From assembly GCA_037379345.1 (NCBI GenBank), contig CM074516.1:23560001-23624000 (forward strand): 64,000 nucleotides of DNA. The letters run 5' to 3'. Shown piece after piece: positions 48,919 through 62,667 of this stretch. The notes beneath the pieces were generated by a model. That model saw only the letters and a list, made by a program, of their open reading frames with translations. It was not told where the DNA came from and ran no database searches. Each line of letters opens with the position of its first letter. The stretch's first letter is position 1. The translations under genes and the position numbers were made by a program. Origin of the DNA: Perna viridis (lineage: Eukaryota).

Positions 48919-49984
48919 ACACATAATCTAGTTTAATAATAATTGTCAGTCTGTGATCGAAATTCGTGTTGAATACAGAGAAGTGCAAAATTAAGGTTTT
49001 TATTGGTTTCCAATTGAACAGCATTTGTACTAAAAAGCATTTTATTTATCTAAAACACACAGATAATGCATAGATCTCAGAGCCACTGAAACAGACGTCC
49101 CCATCCATGACATAGAAAACTGCTCCAAATTTTATGTATAGCTTCACATTTTTATTTCTGTCCTTTATTGTAAAACAAAAAACTTTGTTCGATAGAGATT
49201 CGTGAGATTCTTCCTTTCTGAGCAAGTGACTGAATGGACACGTAATATTTTGGGAATTGATGTTAATAAAAATGAATGAGCAGTTCCGATATTACATATT
49301 TTTGGCGTATATTTATTGACAAAACAACATTCTAGACAATAATAATATATTTTACCTTTTTGATAGCAAAGTTTACTTTTTTTGCACACCTTAACCAGAT
49401 GTTAAAGTTAGGGTATGCAACACTAATGCATGTATCATGCATCGTATTTGTCCTCTTCGGGTGGCCACAGTCGCCCAAAGCTCAAAAACATTGTAGGGGA
49501 AACACAGTTTATCTCATGTTTATGCTTATGTCTCTACCAAGTTTGAAAATCTTGGCGAGAATGATGTAAGCAAGGGCTTATTTAACTATTTTTCTTTTTT
49601 TTTCTACTTCATCATATAAGACCATATGGTTGCTTTTTTTTATTAACAAATAGCATCAGTTATAGCCACTTGTCAGTGTAAAGATTAGGCGCAAAACACT
49701 CATTGCTAAAATGAAAAGTTTACATTTTTATTTAGCTGTCGAGAAATCACGTTCAGTTTTAAATTATTCATTTTGTTTTTAAATTTAAAACTGTTATGTA
49801 ACTTTTCACAATATGTGTATCTTGTAACTTATTTTCCCACTTTAAAATGTCGATTTATAAGAAGCTTGAATTAGGTAAAACACCGAAAATTTAAATTAAT
49901 ATGATGTGATGTACTTGGGGAAATAATCGAATCGTACCATATATTCGAATCAAAATTACATATTACTTATAAACCTGCAAAATG

Positions 49985-50136
49985 CAGATTACGTGCGCGT
50001 GCCTGGGCAAACAGGAACAACGCTTCTTCCGGGTGTTCGCTTACAAACACCATGCTGGTGTTACTGAGATGTACAATTTAATTGTCAGCATAATGACGGT
50101 ATAAACAGAAACATGCAAGAGTTAACTGGACTGAGT
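49985..50136 (+). promoter_or_regulatory. Candidate promoter/first exon (possibly of the gene A paralog)
   Basis: Local CpG-rich patch (tgcgcgtgc, cttccggg ETS-like) followed by a strong gtaagt donor at 50137. No transcript evidence. Confidence 0.3.
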
Positions 50137-51426
50137 GTAAGTTTGTCTGTTTTTCCATTGAAAGAAATACATGCGTTTGTTACATTAGTTAATTGTAACT
50201 TGCGTGTTTTTTCATGCATTGCAATCTTCCATATAGATAATTAATTTTTGTACTACTTTTTAAAATGTACTTGTCATTTTTCCATGTGTACAATCTTCTA
50301 CTACTTTAAGTTATTCAGCTTTATTTATGAATAAGGCAACAAACAGCGATCGAAGAATATTTTCAACTTCCAGGCACCTTTATCGGAATTTTTTGTTTTT
50401 TTAAATTACCTCAGAACACACAGTTTTGTTATATATATCTTGTTATCACAATTGAGTGTGATGGAATGCGTTTTGAATACGATCTACAGCATCATATTGG
50501 TTCAAAGTTGTTGGAACACTATTGATGGAGTTATTGTTGATTTGTTGATTGTTGTGCATTTTTCGATTACCTTCAAAAACATGATCGAGAAAGAACCTTG
50601 CAATTGACAAGTTGATCATCATTATTATTCATTATTATCCCTACAAAAGATTCAGCTAAGAGAATTAAAGAAGACTAATATTATAATTTAGCAATTATAC
50701 AAAAAGATTCAGGAATGTTTGTATTCCTGATATGCAATATCTATTAAGTGAAGATTCTTCGTAAGCTTAAAGTTTAACTGGTACCAAGACAAGTTAAGGT
50801 TGCGTTCCAAGTAAATTGTTGACCGAACAGCTACTGATATTACAATGAATAAATTGACATTTGTGTGATAATCATGTTTATAATACAAGTAACTTTCATA
50901 TTCATTTATAAGTTTTTATCATTAGAAATCAAGAAATAAATTCCGTTGTTTCTCTTTTGAGAGTGTAAAGACTTACGGTATTTGTTTTCAATAATTCTCA
51001 AAAGAAATAAACTTCACCCTTTAAGATCGAATTAATTTTCATATCTGAATGAATAAATAGAAATATGTTATATTATGTTGAACATTTTTATTTCAGTAAA
51101 TTATTATTTTAACTTTAAATGAAAATGAATTTGTAATTCGATTTCCCAAATATCTCATTGCGAGTGCAAGATATGAAAATCTGCAGAGCCTCGTTGGAGA
51201 ACGACCAAATCTTACCCTTTGGTATATGAGATTTCCAATTTTTGCTTGAGTGTTCGATTCTTTTTTCTCACGTCAAGTGTGCTTTCCCGTTAATTGTTTT
51301 GAATTAAATTGAACCATATTGAACAGCTGACCATTACGCATCAAAGTGGCTAGTGATACGTCACGACCAGGTGTAAATTATATGTTGCTTCAAAATGTAA
51401 TCCAGTAAAAGTAAAATACTTTATAA

Positions 51427-51568
51427 TAGACCCTTTTTAATTAACTGCGGGATCGCTGATGGTCATGCGTAGAGCATGCTCAACATACACTTCCGTGTAC
51501 ACTACCCAAGCTCTACCGCGCGAAAGTATATATTGGGCATGCTCATTAACTTACCACAAAAGGGTCTA
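51427..51568. mobile_element. MITE (tagaccctttt...aaaagggtcta)
   Basis: Terminal IR plus inner IR gagcatgctcaa / ttgggcatgctc. Confidence 0.65.
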
Positions 51569-52699
51569 GTAAGTAAAATTAAAAATAAATAAAATAGCAT
51601 TTTAGCTTTAGTAGATTGATGAAGTCTTGACATATTTGTAAATTTAAACGAAAGAAAGAAACATCTGTGATAATAAATAAAATTTAATCTTTAACAAGAG
51701 ACTAAGTACGTTTGAATTATTTAGTACTTGATTAATTGTCTTTCCAATAATTTATGTAAACAACTGATATATTATTGAAAGTGGAAAAATGTATTTTACT
51801 ACTTTTGGTAATTATTTCTATTTTTAAGGATAAATGATTTGAAACCGTATTAGACAAAAAAGGTAAAGTAAGTTTGAGTAATCTTAAATGACCAAAAGTC
51901 TCATTAATTGATTAAATAAAATAAAAAGATGAAAATATAAATAATATTCAACAGAAATGATTAGGAAATATATTTGATCACTGTGTATATTTGGACAAAT
52001 AAAGTGTAAAACTTAAAGGAGACATGGCACAAAAATTTCATTTTTTAAACGTTTATTTTTATAAAAACTCTAGTTTAGATACGAATATAACAAACGTTTT
52101 CTCGTCAGGTTAGCGCTAAATAGATTTAGAATGATTTATTTGTGTTTGGTTCTCAATCTCCATTAAGGTGCATGGAAAATGTATATACGTGCCTGAAGAA
52201 ATTAATGAATCTTCAAAAATAGCTTGTATATGTAATGCAGAGTGGTCCATTGACTTGTGATTGAGTCCGATAATCATGTTTAGAAAGTAAGAAGACTAAA
52301 AGTTATTCTCGTTTTCTGTCAGCTTTTCATTTTCGTTCGACATACATCCCCGCGTGGCGAAAACACAACTTCTTTGCAGACATAGTAAGAAAACAGGACC
52401 ACTCTGCCAAGGTTCTTTCATGAGCAAATTTTCCCCAAGCAACAAAAAATATATATATATAAACGATTTTTATATTGAACGTTTCGGACGGATAGGGAGC
52501 CAACATCTCGAAGAGCTGTATGCCATGCCCTTGGCCTCACCAGTCCGACCGTACATTAAAAAAACCACTGAATAATCAATCTACATGAAATAATCAATGA
52601 ATAGGTATTCTCGTTAAAATTAGTAACTTAATTAAATTTTCAAACACACGTCGTTCACAATCTCTTTATTTACTATTGTGATGAGATAAGGAAATCTTG

Positions 52700-53900
52700 C
52701 ACAGCTAAAGATAGTAATTTTTTTGTCTCTTTAGTGAGAAAATTCATAGAAAATGCTATAATTGATTGAATGATTGATTGTCTTTATTTCCATCATATCT
52801 AATAAATCATCTATTGCATAAATAGTTCTGAGTCGTTCTTCCAGTAGATATTTACAGTACTGTAGTAGGTACTTTATAATGTCTTTTGTATGTATGCTAC
52901 ATAATGTACATTGCACCTCCTTGATTGCAGTAGCTCTCAATAGAATTAACATTTTTCGTTCATTTGCGGATTCGTTGACGCTAGCCGAAGAAGTTGATGT
53001 TCAGTTAGGCTGTTGTGGATGGTATAGTAACAACTGGGTTCTCTGCGTGTACTAGCAAACTGCTTCCATTGTATTGAAAGAGTTTTATGTAGAAAGTAAG
53101 AATCCTCAATAAAGCACTCCAGGCGTCGATTTCACAAAAAGTGTAAAGTTGATCGTAAGCAATGACGTCACAACCTAAACTAGCATTGTGACGTCATAAT
53201 TTACGATTAATTTCATGCTTCATTTTTTTTAATTCGACGCCAGGAACGCTTATATGCAATCTTTTGCGAGAGTTTTTTTCAGATCACAAGTCAATGAAGA
53301 ATTCACAAAAATCACCGGTTACAATTTGGCTTAAACGTATATAAAATAGTTGTTAATGTGTGGAAGTGTGATTTGCTCTGCAAAACCGACGTGTATAACG
53401 TTGTATCGTCCACGAATAGTATTGAAGGTATATGTAAGGATGCTATTTTACTAGTAATACCACAACAAATTTCCAGAAAATGATCTTTGAGATCGTTTAT
53501 AAACGCGGGCATGACCCGACCTTGACCAACACTTTATTGAATTCGGAAGATTTGACTTGTGCGCATATTTAACTGAACATGTGCCGTTCCGGTTTTGATG
53601 GATCGATGGACTACTTTCCAAAATTTGCCGACAATTCCAGAATACCAAAGTTTGAATAAGAGACCATCCTGCCATACACGGTCAAATGTCTTTTCTTTGT
53701 TCAAGAAAATCATATATACTGTTGAATTCTGTGTTATGTGCTATTGATTTCTTTAGTGTATATATAGCAGGGATAAACCCGTGCTCATTCACGAATCCCA
53801 ACTTTAGACGTTGAGGTATACCATTATCTATTTGTTCCATATATTTTTGATACGATTCAATGGTAATTTGTTCAAGAGAAACGGAAAAGAATCAACAACT
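52700..53900 (-). mobile_element. Highly decayed LINE RT fragment
   Basis: Minus-strand VWQDGLLFKLWYSGI, FINDL and ILFVDD, with a C-terminal CTLC; boundaries approximate. Confidence 0.6.
53123..53240. mobile_element. Palindromic PIF/Harbinger-like MITE
   Basis: gcgtcga / tcgacgc ends, inner IR atgacgtcacaa / ttgtgacgtcat, 3-bp TSD CAG. Confidence 0.75.
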
Positions 53901-53990
53901 TAATAATAACGCCATCAAATATGAATCTATATTGTTTGTTTGATTTTCTCTTTGAGAAAACCATAATTTTTGTTTTATCCAAGTTTACAG

Positions 53991-56900
53991 ACAGCCTCCA
54001 CTGCTTACAATACCCAGATTGTCGGATACGAAATGGCTAGAATAGAACAAAAATTTGGACTGATGCTTAAGAAAATACAAGAAAAGATAATGTTATTGCT
54101 TAAACAACTAACTGGCATTGGGTTTCGGTTTTCCTCTCACATAACTATATTTGGGTTAGAATTTTCAGTGTGGGAGGTCGAATTAGTCTATTCCGTTAAC
54201 GCTCTTGGTCAATGCAATAAGTTCAAAAAGGTTTACTCACTTATGCAAGGTGAAAATGCGATCAGAATGAGCCTACACAATGCATTTCCAATACGACTTT
54301 ATCAATTCCTGTACATCAATACGAATACATTTATGAGCCTTGCGGTCGGAACTGGTGATAAATTTGTTTTACATTGTCAGGCACGGGCAAATTTTCTTGG
54401 ACTGGCTACAGCAACAGCAGATATGTTAATCAACAATATAGGACTTTATTTATCAGTGGAAGGAAATATTTGGAATGTCTTTCTCGCAAAAATAGAAGCT
54501 TCTGCAGAGATTAGAGAACAATGGTAAAAATTAGTGTTCAAACTTCGAGGACGACTGTTGGCAGCATCCGAGAATAGTAAAATAGAACAACATTCAGATT
54601 TCAACGGTAGTTACCTAGATGGATTGCGTTTATTGCTGCGGAAAATCGGGACAAGCGCTAATGAGAGATTGACTGTCGCACAAGATGGACTATCAGCAGC
54701 ACAACATGTTCTAACAAAAGCACAGGATAAGCTAACTGATGCACAGGAATATTTAAGAGGATGTAACTCTAAGTTTGACCGCGCAATTGAAAATCTAGAG
54801 CAAGCGAAAGATAAACTCGAGGAGGCCAAGGGTCCTTTTGAGCATGCTTTAGACAAATTACGGAAAGCACAGAAAGACGTTGATAAATTGTGTCGATTAA
54901 GAAATTGCTCACCGAAATGTATTCCTGGCATAAGGTGTCGAAAGTGTAAATCGGGATGGTTTGGATTTTTTCCTTGTTGTCGTTTCAAAAGATGCATGTT
55001 CAAAATACCAGATATATTATGTTTGGCCGCAAATGTTCTGTGTCGTGTTATACGAGCCATTACCTATGCAGCTCTTGAAGCAGTCAAAATATTTGTTCGT
55101 ATTCCCATGCTTATATTTGATGCTGCCAAAGTAACTCTGACATTAGCACAGACAGTTGTAGAAGCAGCAAGGGTAATTCTAAAAGTCGCCGAAGGATTAA
55201 TTGAAGTTGCGAAAACTGGACTAGAGGTTATAAAGATTGGATTTGAAATCGCAAAAGGTGCAATTGAACTTGTCAAGAAAACCTTAGAAATAGCGCTTTA
55301 CGTATTTGGTTTGATCCTAAAATATGGTTTACAAAGTCTTATTGATGTTAGAAATTGTGGATTTGAAGTTGAAATTTCTGTTCATGATAAAGCAATGATA
55401 GAAGTATTTTGTGATGTACAAGCTTTCAGTCTAGGATGGACAACAATACGGTTCTGGTTTGATTTTCGCCATCCATTAACGAGTATGTGGAACATTGCAA
55501 AATCAACCGTGAAAAGTCTTTTGAATGCAGTAAAGAATATATTTGGAAAGCGCAAAAGACGGGATATTTCATTTATTGCTTTGCACCAGTTGCACAATAT
55601 CTTTGGTGTTTATAAAAGAGACATTGACGCTGTTTCTACTAATTCTTCTATGTACTTGGATGATTCAGTATTTACGAAAACAGATCAAACAAACGGTGAT
55701 GATCCAGAAACTGTCGAATACGAAAACCGTGTATTGTTGTTTCGTCAAAATTGTGAAATGTTTCAAAATGTACATTCCTTCTTAATGACGTCTATTCAAG
55801 TTCTACTCGATATGACAAACGGTACAGTTGAGATGTTAAATCATCTACACCAAAACAATGAAAATGAAAATACAACGGCAAATTTCAATGTGAGTAATAT
55901 GACCCTTGAAAATGCTGGGGTTAGCTTGGAATATGCCTTTAATGAGTTCAACATTTCTGAAGAGGAACTCAATTCAATTCTTGAAGGAGTCAAAGATACA
56001 TTCACTAGTGATCCCATGTACATTGAAATTGAAACTGTTGAAAAAGAAGCCAGTGAAGCTTCTAACAGGAGTTTAAATCAGGCTGAACACCTGCCTCTTA
56101 TAGTACATTGGTTCAATGCAATGGAAAATGAAACTTCAGTTTATTTTAATCGATCACAATGTTTTGCGTTTTCTGATTGTATACTTTACTCGTTTTTTGT
56201 CATGAATGATTTGTTGTCTGACGACTCACTAGATAATTCTGAGTCCAACAGGAATCTCACAAAACCATTGAGGACAGATATCTTCAGCTAAACCTGAACT
56301 CATCTTACACTGTAACAGAAATTCACCAGACATGACATGTCATGGCATTATAGAGGATCTCAGTAATTTTGGAAATAAAACAATGTTTTGTTCAACTGCA
56401 CCTACCTTCACAACACTACTGCAAATGTCACTGCTTTTGCTGGTTCTGATTTGTTGTTGGTTTGTAACGTGACAGGTGACCCTCCTCCTGGTATAATATG
56501 GTTTTGCAATGATACGAAAATGAAAAATGAAACGGACAGGGAGCTTTTCTTGTCTAAAAAAAAAGAATCAACGGGGCTTATAAATGTGCAGCTGAGAACT
56601 TAGTAGCAAGGCTAACCTCTTCTGTCACCACTGTTGATATCATAGGTAATTGAGTACGAAGTCAGTAACAGAATATAACCAGAGTTAACGTAATATTGAA
56701 AGACTTAAAACACAGTAAACAGCGAAACATCGATTAAACACAAAGGATTTTAAAACACGCAAGGGCAATTAGGTCGGTCAGATTCTCAGATTGGCCCTAA
56801 TTTTAGTTTCGACCGACCTTTAAAGTATTGCAGTGTAGTCTTACACATATTCAAATGTTGAAATATGACTGCATTGTCTTTGAAAGAGTAATCAAGGGAA

Positions 56901-58405
56901 CCAGGAATATAGCGGTAATCAAAAGAATGCAATATAGTGTGTTTCTCAGGCGAATGTTTATTAAAATCACCTTTCATATTTTTGTAAAAAACTGTTTATC
57001 GGTACTAACGAACTTGCCTTAATCTTACATTGACTTTTATGAAATGTATTTCTTATTCAGCAGTAATAAGTTTTCTCGGAGTTTGCAATGCTTGTGTAAA
57101 ATTAACTATATAATAGATGCTTATGTATGATCCAATCTTTTTTATATTTGCAATTCCCTTTCATAGAATGTGAACCTGGGACAGTACAAGATCTAGATGG
57201 ATTGACCTGTATGTCATGTCCAATAGGGAGTTATCAAGAACTGTGGAACCGGAAGCATTGCGTTAGTTGTCCTCGTGGATTCACCACAAATAATTCCGGT
57301 ACTGAACATATGTCTGCCTGTGTCGGTAAGACCTTCTTTTCTTTTTAACTTACGTTAGAACTATTACCATTTGCGATTCATAAAGAAAACACAGTTGAAG
57401 TTTCTGAATGTCTGATGTTTTTATTTCTATAATACACAATGTACTAATCTTCTAAAGTTTATCTTTGTAAGTACCAACTCCTCAAATTTCAAGTTTTATC
57501 TGAAATATCAAATTTGTTGATTCAATTCCGTTTAATTTTTAATTTTCTCGTTTTCCTTATTTGAAAAAAAACTGGTGTTGTCTGGTACTTGTTTTATAAA
57601 TGCATTTGGTTTTCAGATATTGACGAGTGCTTTCAGAGCTTAAATGGATGTGAACATGTCTGCAAAAATACCGAGGGTTCGTTCGTTTGTGAGTGTCATG
57701 ATTACTTCGAACTAGCGACGAATGGATTAACATGTAAAGGTACAGTAGATGTTTTATTCTGAATGAAGAAACTGTATAAAGATTTGTTTGGAAATTGTAA
57801 ACTTAACAAACGAAGAGAAACACATTTGAACAAACAAACAAACGCATTTTGCTGGTTGACCCGACACAATTACTTAGAGATTTATTGCAACTGAATAGAC
57901 ATCAAAACAAAATGTTTTTAGTTCATGAAAAAAAAAAAATAAAGCAAATTTAACAGGGCATGATGAACATCATATAAAATACTTACAAAAAAGCTTCGGT
58001 CATTCATTTGACCTCATTTTTGAGTACCAATAGTGGTAAGTTGAAAAAATGTGGTACATAGAGTTTATTCTAACTTCAGTTGTTATTTTTTCAAGCAAGA
58101 ATACCAGTGTTTGCAAGCTCATAAAGACAAAAGTTTTGTCATCACGTTTTGGAAGGTATCATCGACGAAGACATAATGAACAACATTGTGAAAACGGAAG
58201 TATGAAACATCACTTTAAAATGTCTGCGCATTGTTTATTTTTCATTCTAGATAAATGGCTCACTTTGAAGATTATTGTTGGAATCTTAGGATGCATAGCA
58301 TGTATTCTCGCAGTTGGCATACTTCTGGCGTATTTTGTACCAAGGAGGTTCGGACGAAAGTCCTCGAACACAGAACCCCAGGCGTTTGAATTGAACGTCA
58401 AGTAA
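53991..58405 (+). pseudogene. Truncated tandem paralog of gene A ('gene B'), pseudogenised
   Basis: Exons ~53991-56645, 57167-57325, 57617-57739 and 58251-58405 are collinear with gene A exons 15-18. Nonsense TAC>TAA at 54525-54527 and frameshifts near 56260, 56335 and 56560. No upstream EGF exons found. Confidence 0.85.
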
Positions 58406-58919
58406 AATTGTAGTTTAGAGAGGGAAAATGCAGTGTTTTTACACTATGTAACATACTTTATTAGCTTTTACCACTGGACGATATTGAGGCATATAACGTT
58501 TATAGCTTTTCATGTAATATGTATACTATCATAATCATAATGCATAATCTTTCACGTTTATATTCATTTACTCTGAATATTATTTTTAATTTTCTTTTAT
58601 TAATCCAGTCGTTGTAATTGTAATGCATTTAATGCTTTATCAAGAGGTGTAGGAGATCCTCAATAAAATTTGGGTGAAATTTAAAGACAATACATACTTC
58701 AGGATTTTATAATCGTACGAAGCGCAAATGTAGCCGCGGTTTTTAAATTGATTTAAGAAACACAAACGAAAGGCCGTGAAAGAATGAAAGAAAGGGATAG
58801 TAAGTCATAAATAATTAGCAACGCAAACCATTTCTTCTTGGCTGATACTGGGTATTGTGTTAAATAACATTTACTACATAAACTCGCGATTGTTTTCTGT
58901 CAAGAATACGAAAACTTCG

Positions 58920-59356
58920 ACCCAATTGAGACAAACAACTCCACATAGCCGAATCTGCAAAATGAACCACCAAAACACTTAAAAAAATATTTAACATCTA
59001 TACGCACAGCTGTAAAAGAGGCTCTCCAGTCTTACCACGACACTTGCTACTTCCTTCCGTAGTGGTATGTGGATCCTAAAAAATGCGAAAAATCTTCAGG
59101 AATCCCTCAATTCAAGATTATTATAATAATATAAAATCATTTAAACCTATAATTTTTCAACTCTTTATACTTCTATTCCCATACTCAAAATCCCGACGCA
59201 AAAAGCATTACAAATCGTTGTTACCCTAAAAAAGACAGTTCACCTAAATACAGTTATGTATAGGTTCTTCGTATTTAGTAGAAAAAACGTTTCAAAATCA
59301 TCTTTAATATCTTTATCCCTGGATTTCCGCTAGAATCTTGGATTCCTTGATTATTC
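58920..59356 (+). mobile_element. Internally deleted Naiad-like RT fragment joined to the 3' tail
   Basis: Matches ~45860-46220, then jumps to the ccctggatt...ccttgattattc tail. Confidence 0.65.
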
Positions 59357-61334
59357 GTTGTCTGATTATAAAGGTTTGTTTCATTAACCAAAATAGAAAA
59401 AAATAACGATGATTAATTGAGGACTTTCAGTGCTTCTGAAGTTGGATTTTAAAAGCCTCATATATATTTATCTATGTTTCTTGTAGTCATACAGAAATAA
59501 GTTGACATATGCATCATAACTCCTGCATTATTGAAATCGCAATTTCTGATTCATGTTGAGTATAATTAGCACAGCGCATTTTAACAGTAAATACCAAAAG
59601 AATGCGTGACATGAATTTTGTGCTTGATCATTGTACTCAACTTGTCAACAGAAAGCTTATTGATGATAAGAAAGGATGATACTGAAAGAAAGGGCAAGAT
59701 ATTTGGTACAAGTTGGCTGAAAAATTTCCTTACTGTGCATTCCGTTAGTTTTATTTATTTTTTTTTACTTTAGAATCACATATTACACAATATTTAGAAC
59801 TAAGATATCATCCCATTAATCCATTAAAATTAATCTACTATGTTATATGTGGTAAAATGTACTTGATAAATAGCACGGCACCACAAGTACTGGATAAAAT
59901 ATGTTTTTATTTGAGGCACTTTACCAAAGAAGAAATACAAAAAAACCTATCTATCCTTGTATAAAAAGAAATTCGAGACAAAATGGAAGATAACCAAAAT
60001 TTAAAATATGATCGAAAATAATAGTTAAATTTTTATGTTGAAAACCGAAGCTTAGGATACCTTTTTTTCTCATAAGAGCGCATTGAGTAAATACATATCG
60101 TAAAATTCAATGTTTAAAGATTGGCATATGAAACTAATTATAAATCACCTATTATAATAAAGTTCTTTTTAAATTCACTGACGTACATGATTATATGTAC
60201 TATTATTCGTGCGGTATCAATTTTCGTGTTTTCGTGGGTAGTCCACGAAATGTGGTTCATAACAAACAGAAGAATCCAAATGATGCGTATATTGAAAACC
60301 TTAAAACCACGAATTCAAGAATCCACGAAATTGTGTTTCGTCACTAATTCACATACAACAACACTCGATATTCCTTCTTTTTGAAAGTAAAGTGCACTTC
60401 TCAAATTTCCTTAGAGAACACTTTGTGTATTAAATCTAATTATCGTAAATGGTTTACAAAACATTATCGAGGTTAAACATTGCGCATTTGGAGTTCTTGC
60501 ATCCTTAAGGATTTTGGAAAGGGGAGAAAGAGAGTTATGTAAAATCAATAAATTGATGTCCTTGATAGACAACAAATCGATTTAGTTAGACATTCGTCAT
60601 CCAAAAACAAGAAGTGGACGATTGCAACAAATCAAATGTTATAAGGGTTAGAAATATTTACAGAATAGATTGGAAAAAGTACAAATTGGTAAAAAAAATA
60701 CCGACCACATAAACAGAACGACCAATTCAGGGGAATCCGTATCAGGAAGGCAATAATCAACATTTACAATCTACAAAACAGAACAAAATATAATCTATAA
60801 AACCCGAAGATGGAAAAAAACACGAATGCATACCAATAGAACACTGGCAAGATGAACTCGTACAGCGAGTAACCTTCGAAAAACGTCAAGTCATTGGGTT
60901 GTTAATCCGGTAAGATAGGAAAATGTCTGGTCTCATCTGTGAGAAAGAAACTTCATATTTGTCAATCAAATTGTGATCACGACCATAAAATTTCTGTTGT
61001 GGTGTAAGCAGCAAAGATTGAATGTGCCAGTGTCTTTAAAATATATTTGACAATATATCCGATATACGAAAACAAGACACAGTGTAAAAATCAAATGCAT
61101 CATAGTTTCGTACAAATTTGTAAAATTGTTAAATATATACTCAACAGACTGCAGCTGTGGGCATATTGTCACTGGGAAACCGGAAGTTTACAAATTCTCA
61201 TTTTTGAACATTCTATGTGTTTGTTGTGTCAGTTCATTTTTTACCCATATAAATGGGGATTGTAATGGCCTTATAAAATTAGTTTAATCCCACGGTTGAT
61301 TTTATCTGCCTATTTACAGTCATAAATGTATCTT

Positions 61335-61487
61335 TGTTCGAGTTTGCTGTTGTTCCTTTGTATGTATGATTTTAGTTACTTGCCTCATTTGCTTTGTTGT
61401 GTGTGACTGTTTTCCATGTCTGGTCTTTGTCCCTGGATTACATTCTTTTGATTACCGCTATTACCTTGGTTGCCTTGATTATTCTTT
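61335..61487 (+). mobile_element. Naiad-like 3'-end copy
   Basis: Matches 47045-47199. Confidence 0.75.
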
Positions 61488-62462
61488 CGCTATGTTACTT
61501 TGCTTTTGAAGAATTGGCATCGTTTTATTACAGTGTTTTTTTTATTACAGGGGTCTTTTAGAGCTTGCTTATAAGTGTGTTTAAAGTTGTTGACGGCATT
61601 TTCGTGATCTCTGAATATATTTACTATTTTGTATTTTTGTTATACGCTGGTGCATTTGTTTCGTTTTACCATATCCGTTCTTTTTTCCACTGTGTATAGG
61701 TTAAGGGTTAGATTTTATTTTTTTTTTTATAAAAGGTGCATCAGTTGTCTCTTTAAGTTCATAACCTATTTCAATATGTATTGTAGTAAATATAGAAATA
61801 GAAAAAATCCAGCAAAGAGACTTTTATTTTTTTCCCAAATAAACTGGTAGTATTTTGATTAAACATCGTGAGCGATCATGATTATTTCTTTTCGCATGGA
61901 CATATTATATCGGATTTAAATCTTGATCAACTGGAGGACTTCGAGAAAATGTTAATAAAAAAGAATAACAAAAAAAAAGAAAAGAAAAGAGATGGAGAAA
62001 TACTGAAAAGAAAACAAAATATTACGCGGAATACATGTACGGTAGAGTATAATTTTTACAAAAAAGATTTATGGAAGATCTGCATGTATAACATTTGATA
62101 TAAAATAAGATATGTCTAAACTCTTGTCTTTTCATTTGAAGGCTACTTAGTCAAGGACTTATTTCAAATGTTCTATTTTAAGTTTATTTGTAAATACGTA
62201 CGCACAAGACAACGTCAAGATAAACTGTATATTTCTTTTAAAGGAAAGTCTTTATTTCAACCCCAATGTTTCATTAATCATTATAGTCAGTTAAGTAACT
62301 ATACCCCAAACACGGATGACGACAAAAAACTAGGTTAAATCGATTTTTGTCTTAATTTCTTTCTTTATAACATTTCATTGCAACCTTTATATTAGCGTAA
62401 TTCAGGTTTAAGTATATACATATACATTGTGTCTGTGAAGTTTCTCCATAACGCTCTTCAGT

Positions 62463-62667
62463 GACGCTTACCCTACCGGTGCACCTGGTCCATGCTCCCA
62501 GTTTTTGGTGGAGTCCGAGTTGCTCATTTGCTTTTGTCGCTTTGTATGTGTGATTTTAGTTACTCTGTGTTCTTTGTTGCGTATGTCTGTTTTCCATGTC
62601 TGCTTTATTTCCCTTAGATTACATTCTTTTGATTACCGCTATAACCTTGATTCTCTTGATTACTCTT
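62463..62667 (+). mobile_element. Naiad-like 3'-end copy
   Basis: gacgcttaccctaccggtgcacctggtccatgctccc...ttgattactctt matches 46996-47198. Confidence 0.85.
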
